Assembly (NCBI GenBank): GCA_001918765.1
Contig: MNGO01000035.1
Location: 1 to 44,122 of the forward strand
DNA: 44,122 nucleotides
Origin: Crenarchaeota archaeon 13_1_40CM_3_52_10
Lineage (GTDB): Archaea; Thermoproteota; Bathyarchaeia; 40CM-2-53-6
Direction of reading: 5' to 3'
A program made the position numbers and the translations under genes. Under the pieces are notes generated by a model that ran no database searches, was not told the origin of the DNA, and was given only the letters and a program-made list of their open reading frames with translations. Below, piece by piece: positions 7,986-15,883 of this stretch. Positions within the stretch are counted from its first letter, which is position 1; each line of letters opens with the position of its first letter.

Positions 7986-10064
7986 TCATATCGCAATAGA
8001 AACCGATCCATTCCGGTCAACCACATATCGTGCTCGAGGCGGAATCACCAGGGTTGAATCGTAATCCTCAATCACACACGGTCCCTTTCCCTTGGAACCA
8101 GGAAAAAGGCTGTTCCGCTGAAAGACTTGACACCCGATACCACGTCCACCCATAAACCACACTCTTCTCCTCATCACAGGACCCTTCTCTCGTGCAAAAA
8201 TACCGGTTACTCCAGAGACGGTTCCAGCTTTTCCTCTACAGTAGCTGCGAACATTCACAATCTCAACAGACCTGTCCGATTGAGAGTAGCCATATTGCGT
8301 TTGATGTCTCTGGTGAAAGTCTCTAACAGCAGATCGAACCACCTTTCCAGTAATAATCCCGTTCCGTAGAGGAACTGATAATTCGTAAGATTGTCCCTGA
8401 TAACGCATATCCAAGAATCTCTGATAAGTGACATCCTTCTCCTCAACTCCTTCTCTTCCGAGCAGACCTCTCGCTCTCTCCTTCATCCCACGAAAGATCT
8501 TCTCAAGCTCTTTGACGCTCGCACTCTCTGCGTCTCTCAGTACGGTCTGGACGGAATCATGCAATGGTTCCGCAAGAAGGAGACCGAGGCTCGACAACAG
8601 CCCTGCAGCCGGGGGCACAACAACCCTCTCCATCTCTAGTTGTTCAGCAACCTCACAGGCAAACATCGGTCCCGCCCCACCAAACGCCACCAGAACCATT
8701 TCGCGCGGGTCGAGACCCTTTTCCACCGTCGCCGCCCGCAACGCCTCCGCAATCCTCGCGACAGCAATTCTCAAAACACCGATAGCTCCGTTGATCACAT
8801 TCATTCGAAGCGGCTTCGCAACACGCTCAGCAACAGCCCTGTAAGCAAGTCGTGGGCTCAATCGCAGATCCCCGCCAAGAAGAAGGCTAGAGCTCAACCG
8901 GCCAAGAACAAGAGACGCATCCGTCAGCGTCGGCAACATCCCACCCTTCCCATAACAAGCCGGACCCGGCAGCGCTCCAGCACTCTGAGGCCCAACATGC
9001 AAAACACGAGCATCGTCAACCCAGGCAACGCTCCCACCGCCGATTCCAACCTCGACGAGGTCCAGGACCGGAAACCTGACAGGGTATCCTGATCCTTCAA
9101 CTCGCCTCGTTCCATGCAAACGTCCCCCAACTTCGTACTCGTTGGTCACCTCGAACCCGTGGCCAGACCAGACTCCTGCCTTCGACGTGGTCCCGCCGAC
9201 GTCAAGAGAGACGATACTTTGAGATCCGCGAGAATAGAACTTGGACGCCACCGCCCCAGCAACGGGTCCTGATTCTATGAGGCGAGCTGGCTCAAGGGCT
9301 GCTTGGCGAGAGAGCACAGTCCCACTATTCGACTGCATTACAAACAGAGGCGCATGGACCCCAAGTTTCTCCAGCCCGTGTTCGAGTTTTTCCAGATAGT
9401 CCGAGAATAACGGCTGCAGACACGCATTAACGACTGTAGTGCTAGTCCTCTCGTACTCTCGAAACTCTGGAAGAAGCTCCGAAGACAAAGACAACTTCGC
9501 GCTAGGATGCTCTCTCCTGAAAATCTTCCCTAGCTTCTTCTCATGTCTCGGGTTCGCGTAGGAGTGAAGAAGGCAGAGAGCAACCGTTCCGATACCGAGT
9601 CTTCGTATCCTTCTCGCAACCTGAGTAGCCTGCGACGTGTCAAGCGGTTCCAGGATCCTTCCGTCATACGTGATTCTCTCACGGACCTCGAACCTGTATC
9701 GCCTCGGGACCAGTGGAGGCAGCCGCTCGACCTGAAGATTGTACAGCTCCGGCCTGTTCTGGCGCCCGATCTCAAGAACATCTCGAAAACCCGAGGTCGT
9801 GATGAGAGCGGCCCTAGGAATATTTCCCGTCAGAAGGGCGTTTGAGGCGAGCGTAGTCGCATGAATAACAACTCTGACAAGACCAGAATCAACCTCCTCT
9901 TTTTCCAACAATCTTCGAACAGCATCAAGCGCTCCTACAGATGGATCTGTCGGCGTGGTCAGGACTTTGATCTTCCAGACCCCACGCTTCTCGTCTGCGG
10001 CCACGAGATCCGTAAAGGTCCCACCGATATCGATTCCAATTCTAATCGTATTCGTCGCAACCAT
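7986..10064 (-). CDS. hyuA: Hydantoinase A / oxoprolinase family protein
   Basis: The ORF is 692 aa. ASKHA-fold phosphate motifs are IGIDIGGTFTDLV and SLDVGGTTSKAG, and the length is typical of HyuA. Confidence 0.9.
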   Translation of the reverse strand: MVATNTIRIGIDIGGTFTDLVAADEKRGVWKIKVLTTPTDPSVGALDAVRRLLEKEEVDSGLVRVVIHATTLASNALLTGNIPRAALITTSGFRDVLEIGRQNRPELYNLQVERLPPLVPRRYRFEVRERITYDGRILEPLDTSQATQVARRIRRLGIGTVALCLLHSYANPRHEKKLGKIFRREHPSAKLSLSSELLPEFREYERTSTTVVNACLQPLFSDYLEKLEHGLEKLGVHAPLFVMQSNSGTVLSRQAALEPARLIESGPVAGAVASKFYSRGSQSIVSLDVGGTTSKAGVWSGHGFEVTNEYEVGGRLHGTRRVEGSGYPVRFPVLDLVEVGIGGGSVAWVDDARVLHVGPQSAGALPGPACYGKGGMLPTLTDASLVLGRLSSSLLLGGDLRLSPRLAYRAVAERVAKPLRMNVINGAIGVLRIAVARIAEALRAATVEKGLDPREMVLVAFGGAGPMFACEVAEQLEMERVVVPPAAGLLSSLGLLLAEPLHDSVQTVLRDAESASVKELEKIFRGMKERARGLLGREGVEEKDVTYQRFLDMRYQGQSYELSVPLRNGIITGKVVRSAVRDFHQRHQTQYGYSQSDRSVEIVNVRSYCRGKAGTVSGVTGIFAREKGPVMRRRVWFMGGRGIGCQVFQRNSLFPGSKGKGPCVIEDYDSTLVIPPRARYVVDRNGSVSIAI

Positions 10065-10202
10065 TTCCTTTCCGTCTTCATCCGAATCTCACACACTTCC
10101 TGCTGTGTTCGAGATCCGACACGTCACGTTCGGCTATCTCCAACTCTTAATATCGTTCCAGTTCATCCGAAGACGCCGATTGACTTCAGTAGCTAGATTA
10201 CA

Positions 10203-11354
10203 ATGACAATCCACGTTCTCCTGACAGCAGACAACCACCTAGATCCATCCGCAGTCCAGTACGGTCCCAAGCGGTTCGAACGCAAGCGCGACTTCCAGCG
10301 TTGCTTCGAAATTCTAGTCAACTTTGCCTTGGAGAATAAGCCCGAAATTCTTCTAATCGGCGGAGATTTCTACGATGGCATTCTGCCCGGCAACCCCACC
10401 AGGGCGTTTGTAGCAGAACAATTCAAGCGTCTACACGAGAAGAACATCAAAACCATTCTTGTAAGCGGCCACCACGATACCCCACGCAGCGCAGAGCAAG
10501 GCGCATCACCCCTCGCCGTTCACGCAAGGTCCGGACATGTATACTTCATACAAGAACAACATCCAACGAACAAGAAGTTCAATTTCGGAAGCGAAACCGT
10601 CAACGTGACAGGGATGAGCCTCAACCCATCCCTACCCGTCGAAGCAGATCCACTCGTCGGTCACGAGATCAAGCAAGACGGAGACGTCAACATTTTCCTG
10701 ACACATTATCCGATCGAACGCTTCGACGGCTACTTTGGACAAGAAGTCCACATCCAGAAATCATCCATCCCCAGGAACCTCCAACTCTTCGCCTCAGGCC
10801 ACCTGCACAATCATCAAAGAAAAACCATCAACGGGACACCAGTCATCTATCCCGGAAGCACCGAGCGAGCTTCGTTCAACGAAGAAGGCGAGACGAAAGG
10901 GTTCGTATGGCTCGAACTGGACAAGTCCGGAATAGTCCAGCAAGAGTTCCATCCAACGCCCGCTCGGCCCATGGAAACCCTTGAGTTCCGAGTGGCTGGT
11001 GAGGGAAGCCTCACACGACAAATAGAGGAAGCCTTGGAGAAGAGAATAGACGACGAGAAGATACTTCGCGTAAAAGTCTCCGGAAAAGTCACACTGAATC
11101 AGCTCTCTACCTACAAGCGATCCGCAATCTACACCTACGCAGAGGACAAGTTCTTCCACATTGAATTCGATGAAGAACAGCTCAACGTTCTTACGATGGT
11201 CCCGTTGGAGTCGCTTCCGAAGACTACTCCGCTCCAGGAGCTAGACCGGACATTCCAGAACCTGCTAACAAAAGCAGGCGACCAGGATAGACCGCTTGTT
11301 CAAGAAGCCTGGAAGCTCACAATTGCAAAGCTTCAGGAGGAGGGAGTCGACTGA
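10203..11354 (+). CDS. mre11: Mre11/SbcD-type metallophosphoesterase nuclease
   Basis: The ORF is 383 aa. Phosphoesterase motifs appear in the Mre11 order: ADNH (I), GGDFYD (II), SGHHD (III, atypical), FLTHYP (IV), SGHLH (V), IYPGS. Its stop TGA overlaps the start region of the downstream rad50-like gene. Confidence 0.85.
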   Translation: MTIHVLLTADNHLDPSAVQYGPKRFERKRDFQRCFEILVNFALENKPEILLIGGDFYDGILPGNPTRAFVAEQFKRLHEKNIKTILVSGHHDTPRSAEQGASPLAVHARSGHVYFIQEQHPTNKKFNFGSETVNVTGMSLNPSLPVEADPLVGHEIKQDGDVNIFLTHYPIERFDGYFGQEVHIQKSSIPRNLQLFASGHLHNHQRKTINGTPVIYPGSTERASFNEEGETKGFVWLELDKSGIVQQEFHPTPARPMETLEFRVAGEGSLTRQIEEALEKRIDDEKILRVKVSGKVTLNQLSTYKRSAIYTYAEDKFFHIEFDEEQLNVLTMVPLESLPKTTPLQELDRTFQNLLTKAGDQDRPLVQEAWKLTIAKLQEEGVD

Positions 11355-13717
11355 AACTACTAAGTCTCTATGCTCACAATTTCAAGAAACTGAAATTCTC
11401 CCAACCACTACCCTTCACGGAGGGCATCTCGCTAATCACAGGATTGAACGAGAGCGGAAAATCCACCATCCTCGACGCGATCCTCTTCGCCCTCTTCGGC
11501 CGCATGATACGGCCCAGCCAGAAACCTAGCAACGAAGAAATCCTCACCTACGGAACCGGCGAAGCCCAGGTAAAACTCGAATTCGCCATCGGCGACCTCA
11601 AGTACCGAATCGTAAGAGAGATTCACAAGACCAGACCAAACCGCGCACAGCTCTATGAGCTTGGGCCGAACGGTCGACAAAAGACAATCGCAACAACCGT
11701 AAACGACACAACAAGCGAAGTCGAACGGCTCCTAGGAGGCATTACCTACAACGAAATTGTCGCAAGTAGCGTCGTCGCACAGAAAGATCTGGAACGACTA
11801 ATCAAACAAAGACTCGACGACCGAAGAAAAGTTGTCAACGTGTTCCTGAACCTGGACAGTTTCAACAGAGTGCAGGACCAGTTTGATACGGAGAGAGCCA
11901 GAATCGAAGGCACAACCCGGAATCCGGGACAGCTAACAGTTGAACGCGAGCGGCTCCAATCGCTTCAAGAACAAATGAAAAGGTACAAGGAAGCCGAGAC
12001 CCAACTCTCAACCCTGGCACAAAAAATCGAGAAGCTCAGGCTCGAACTAGTGGACATGGAGAAAAAGTTCGCGGCCACAGATTCTCTCCACAGGACCCTT
12101 AACAAGTACGATGAAGCAGTGAAACTCCAAAAATCTCTTCAGCAAGAGATTCAGGACAAGACGCGTCTTGCAGAGAACCTCCAACGACAACTATCCGGGA
12201 TTTCATCCCAACGAGAAGAACTGGAGAAAGCCCAATTGGAACTCGAACAGTTCTCTGGACTTTCCGAAATAGAATCCCAACTCGCCCAGGCATCGAATAT
12301 GCTTGAGGAATTTCAATACGCCGAAATCCGCAGAATCCAGTTGGAGGAATCCAAGAATAATCTATGTGCTAAAATTGCACAGAAGACAAAAGACGTCTCG
12401 GGTCTTGGAAATCCGAAACCGTTGGACTCCAAGCCAAGAAGGGTCTGGACATATCTCATTTCAACCTCAGCTCTAGGCGCCGGAGCCATTCTATCCTTCT
12501 TCCTCGGTCTCCCACAAGTCGCAGTTGCGTTCGGCTCCCTGGCTATAGTCTCCCTCCTCTTACTGACACGACAGATTGTCTCGCTTTCGCAACAAGCTAG
12601 CAGCTCGAGATACGAGCAGGAACAGTTAGCCAGCCTGCAGCTCGTCCGCTCATGGGAGAATGAGCTGGCGGAGAACCAACAAAACCTGACCAAAATCCAG
12701 CAGGACCTTGCTGAAAGGTCCGAGAGTCTTCTGGGAACACTGAGTTCAATCACACGATACTCAGCCACGGTCGGAGCGGCAAACGACCCTAAGACTGCTT
12801 TCGAGACCATATCTTCATTGTTCGACAACGACAAGCAAACACATCAGTCTCTCGAAGAGAAGGTCAGATTACTAGGCCAACAACTGAGAGAGGAACCCCA
12901 AATCAAAGAACGCCTCGACCTTATCCAAGGCGAAATCAAACAGGTCGAAAAGAAATTCAGCACGGCTCAGTCGCCGGATCTCCCAGCAGGTCTATCCTTC
13001 TCCGAGACGCTTCTTGAAGAGACCGCCGAAGTCAGAGATACGCTAAAGGAATCCGTTTCGAGAAATAGGGCACAGATCGAAGACTCGATTTCCCGACAGC
13101 TCGAACTACGCCAGCTACTAGAGGAGAACAGCAGTCTTGATGATCAAGTTCAGACCCAAATGAAGAAAGTGATGCTCCTAGAGAAGGACTGCGCGGTCGT
13201 CAAGCTGTCTGTCAAAGGATTGGAGCAAACATCGGAGTCCTTACGTAATCGTGTCAAGCCCCAGGTCGAACGCTACATGGGGCTCATCCTTCCCGTAATA
13301 ACTTCCGGAAGATACAAGGCCGTGCAACTCGACGAAGACTACACTGTCAGAGTCTTTGATCCAGAGGCTGGAGAGTTCAAGTCCAAGGAAGTTTTCTCGG
13401 GAGGTACAGAAGACCAGGTCTTACTGGCAATGAGGCTGGCCTTCGCTCTTGCCTTGATACCTCAAGCCAAAGGCCATAATCCCGAATTCCTATTCCTCGA
13501 CGAGCCTCTCGGCAGCTCGGACAGAGTTCGTCGAGAAGGAATTCTCACACTACTCCACCAAGAACTGTCACAGAATTTCAAACAAATCTTCCTCATTAGC
13601 CACGTAGGAGATCTTGAAGCGGAGGCGGACACCATAATACAGATGGACAACGGTATGGTTCGCGAGGTCATTGGAAGAAAATCTCAACCACGACAGCCAG
13701 TCGAGGTTGCCGCGTGA
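11351..13717 (+). CDS. rad50: Rad50/SbcC-type SMC-like ABC ATPase with a mid-protein transmembrane hairpin instead of a zinc hook
   Basis: Motifs are Walker A GLNESGKST, signature FSGGTEDQ, Walker B FLFLDEPLGSSD and H-loop FLISHV. Long heptad-rich arms are present. The conserved N-terminus xKLLSLYAHNFKKL starts at CTG 11351. The track start, TTG 11444, lies inside the P-loop strand and cannot be the true start. Confidence 0.8.
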   Translation: MKLLSLYAHNFKKLKFSQPLPFTEGISLITGLNESGKSTILDAILFALFGRMIRPSQKPSNEEILTYGTGEAQVKLEFAIGDLKYRIVREIHKTRPNRAQLYELGPNGRQKTIATTVNDTTSEVERLLGGITYNEIVASSVVAQKDLERLIKQRLDDRRKVVNVFLNLDSFNRVQDQFDTERARIEGTTRNPGQLTVERERLQSLQEQMKRYKEAETQLSTLAQKIEKLRLELVDMEKKFAATDSLHRTLNKYDEAVKLQKSLQQEIQDKTRLAENLQRQLSGISSQREELEKAQLELEQFSGLSEIESQLAQASNMLEEFQYAEIRRIQLEESKNNLCAKIAQKTKDVSGLGNPKPLDSKPRRVWTYLISTSALGAGAILSFFLGLPQVAVAFGSLAIVSLLLLTRQIVSLSQQASSSRYEQEQLASLQLVRSWENELAENQQNLTKIQQDLAERSESLLGTLSSITRYSATVGAANDPKTAFETISSLFDNDKQTHQSLEEKVRLLGQQLREEPQIKERLDLIQGEIKQVEKKFSTAQSPDLPAGLSFSETLLEETAEVRDTLKESVSRNRAQIEDSISRQLELRQLLEENSSLDDQVQTQMKKVMLLEKDCAVVKLSVKGLEQTSESLRNRVKPQVERYMGLILPVITSGRYKAVQLDEDYTVRVFDPEAGEFKSKEVFSGGTEDQVLLAMRLAFALALIPQAKGHNPEFLFLDEPLGSSDRVRREGILTLLHQELSQNFKQIFLISHVGDLEAEADTIIQMDNGMVREVIGRKSQPRQPVEVAA
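12443..12580 (+). other. Predicted two-helix transmembrane hairpin at the Rad50 coiled-coil apex
   Basis: The sequence is KPRR-VWTYLISTSALGAGAILSFFLGL-PQ-VAVAFGSLAIVSLLLLT-RQ. This covers residues ~365-410 of ~788, the midpoint of the protein. The protein has only two isolated Cys and no CxxC. Confidence 0.65.
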
Positions 13718-13738
13718 GACTTTCTCAGGTCGTTTTTG

Positions 13739-14125
13739 CTAGCAAATATACGCTTGAACTATAGGCGCCTGCAAGGCCTTCAAAGCAAGTAAGAGAGTTT
13801 GTTCAGCAGTAGTTCTTACATCGCCGATTTCTGAGAGGAGGGTCGTCCAAAGCATGTAGATGCTACCTTCATTCTCGGTCGCCTGAAAGAATCCCAAACT
13901 TTCGAGGGACGATGTTATTTGGTGGAAGCGGTCTGATCTTGACGAAAGACCAACGGTAATCGTCCAGTCGCCTAGCTTGTCAAGGTTGACCCCTACAATT
14001 GCATCAGAGAAAGCAATCGAAAGGCTAGAACCGCGCTTCAATGAAGCATCAACCATTGTTGCCACTGATCTTGGATCTACCAAACCGGGATCGAGTCTGG
14101 ACTGGGGCCTCTGGTTTTCTGTCAT
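13739..14125 (-). CDS. Hypothetical protein
   Basis: The ORF is 128 aa with ATG start and TAG stop, convergent with rad50. No motif was recognised. Confidence 0.4.
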   Translation of the reverse strand: MTENQRPQSRLDPGLVDPRSVATMVDASLKRGSSLSIAFSDAIVGVNLDKLGDWTITVGLSSRSDRFHQITSSLESLGFFQATENEGSIYMLWTTLLSEIGDVRTTAEQTLLLALKALQAPIVQAYIC

Positions 14126-14211
14126 AGGCTCAGCCCACCATCGATATCGGGCTTAACAATCGTGTTACTTAGCAGGCTGCCGCAAGGGAAATCGCTTGGG
14201 TTTCTCGGGTG

Positions 14212-14218
14212 TTTATAT
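14212..14218 (+). promoter_or_regulatory. TATA-like box upstream of dph2
   Basis: TTTATAT lies about 43 nt upstream of ATG 14261 in an otherwise GC-balanced spacer. Confidence 0.3.
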
Positions 14219-14260
14219 CGGGCTCTACCCTTTTGGTAGCTTCTCGCCGGCGAATTTGAC

Positions 14261-15268
14261 ATGTCCATGTTTGACCTTGACGAGGATAAGCTCCTAGCTG
14301 AGATAACGGGGAGAGGTGCACGAAGGATACTGATCCAGCTACCCGATGGTCTCAAGAACGAGGGGACCCGGCTTGCAAGTCTCGTCCGAGGGAAGACGGG
14401 CGCGGACGTGTTTGTCTCCGCTGTGCCTGCCTGGGGAGCCTGCGACTTGTCTTTGGATGCCGCTAACCGCCTGAAAGCTGACCTGCTAGTCCATTACGGG
14501 CATAACGAATTCCTGCGAGACAGTTCCAATGGAGTCCCGGTCGTATATGTCCCTGCAAAGAGCAATCACGAGGTCATTCCTGTCGTAGAGAAGGCGGTTT
14601 CCGCCCTTCAAGGCAGGAACATTGGACTAGCCACCACAGTTCAGCATTTGCACAAGTTTCCTGAGGCGATAAAACTTCTAGAGGCGAGAGGGTTCAGTGT
14701 TCTTGTTCCAGGGCGCGGTCCATGGTCACACGAGACAGGTCAGGTCCTTGGTTGTGACTATTTTGGACTCAAGAGGATTCAATCTCAGGTCGACTCATTT
14801 CTGATCCTAGGCAGCTACTTCCACGGTCTCGGTGCAGCTCTTTCTGTAGAAAAACCGACAATTCTCGCAGACCCCTACGACGGAACAGTCAAAGTTCTAG
14901 ATCAGGATAGGGACCGGATTATTAGGCAGAGATATGCAATGGTGGACAAAGCTAAGAGAGCCAGCAATTTCGGAATAATCGTCTCAACTAAGCCAGGACA
15001 GAGCAACCCACAAATTGCTCTCTCAATTCTCAAGCAGATCGAGGAAGCAGGCAAGAAAGCGGTCATCCTCTACGCGGATGAGATTGTACCGCAGAAACTG
15101 CTCGACTTCACCGACATCGATGTCTTTGTCGATACTGCTTGTCCCCGCCTTGCGCTAGACGATCCGGAAAGATTTCCAAAGCCAATCATCACAAGGGACG
15201 AGATCATGGTTGCCATCGGTGCTTGGACCTGGGAGCAGCTTTTGGAGCGCGGACTGGTCCGCCTATAA
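14261..15268 (+). CDS. dph2: Diphthamide biosynthesis radical-SAM enzyme Dph2 (2-(3-amino-3-carboxypropyl)histidine synthase)
   Basis: The ORF is 335 aa. Motifs are RRILIQLPDGLK, WGACD, LVHYGH and DTACPRLALDD, which include the three-Cys cluster ligands typical of archaeal Dph2. Confidence 0.85.
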   Translation: MSMFDLDEDKLLAEITGRGARRILIQLPDGLKNEGTRLASLVRGKTGADVFVSAVPAWGACDLSLDAANRLKADLLVHYGHNEFLRDSSNGVPVVYVPAKSNHEVIPVVEKAVSALQGRNIGLATTVQHLHKFPEAIKLLEARGFSVLVPGRGPWSHETGQVLGCDYFGLKRIQSQVDSFLILGSYFHGLGAALSVEKPTILADPYDGTVKVLDQDRDRIIRQRYAMVDKAKRASNFGIIVSTKPGQSNPQIALSILKQIEEAGKKAVILYADEIVPQKLLDFTDIDVFVDTACPRLALDDPERFPKPIITRDEIMVAIGAWTWEQLLERGLVRL

Positions 15269-15883
15269 TTGGCAAAAGAACAAACAGTCTCTAAACGCCA
15301 ACTGGAAATCCAGCTAGGAAAGCTGAAGATCCTCGAGACCCCCAAACTGGGACTCGAACAATACCCAGTCTCTTCCGAAGTAGCGGCTGAACTGCTCTAC
15401 ATGGCCGGTTTTGAGCATCGCGATCTGCATGGTGAAACAATCGACCTCGGAACCGGCACTGGACGTCTAGCGATCGGTGCGGTCATAATGGGGTCTATGA
15501 AAGTCGTTGGCGTAGATATCGATGAGAGGTCCATCGCTTTAGCGAGGGAGAATGCGATCGCTGCGGGAGTCCAAGTCGAATGGGTTGTATCTGATGTCGA
15601 CGAAGTCGTGGGAAAGTATGACACGGTGATCATGAATCCTCCATATGGGACGCGGTCTCCCCATCTTGATGTCCGATTTCTTAAGCGAGCATTCGAACTT
15701 GCCCCCATTTCGTATTCTATTCACAAGAGTTCGACTAGAGACTATCTTAGGGGCGTTATTGCAAAGAAAAATCGGAAGGTTGACGACGTGCGTACCATGA
15801 GTCTAAACATTCCTCATCTCTTCCCATTTCATCACAAGAAGTGGGAGAATGTAAAGGTCGACCTTTATCGGATAGTATCCTAG
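15269..15883 (+). CDS. METTL5-like / COG2263-type SAM-dependent N6-adenine methyltransferase
   Basis: The ORF is 204 aa. The TTG start directly abuts the dph2 TAA. Motif I is DLGTGTGRLAIGA and motif IV is VIMNPPYG. Confidence 0.75.
   Translation: MAKEQTVSKRQLEIQLGKLKILETPKLGLEQYPVSSEVAAELLYMAGFEHRDLHGETIDLGTGTGRLAIGAVIMGSMKVVGVDIDERSIALARENAIAAGVQVEWVVSDVDEVVGKYDTVIMNPPYGTRSPHLDVRFLKRAFELAPISYSIHKSSTRDYLRGVIAKKNRKVDDVRTMSLNIPHLFPFHHKKWENVKVDLYRIVS

Noticed and set aside
8428-9092. Long plus-strand ORFs (8428-8844, 8564-8785, 8640-9092) lie antisense to hyuA. Similar shadow ORFs lie inside other large genes, for example 406-702, 4292-4648, 12313-12834, 17438-17761, 18120-18796, 22011-22385, 22951-23355, 24413-24937, 25001-25453, 39461-40340 and 41557-42245.
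   Set aside because: Their compositions are Arg/Ser/Pro-rich and low in complexity, typical of off-frame or antisense translation of GC-balanced coding DNA. Each is fully contained in a gene with strong family motifs.
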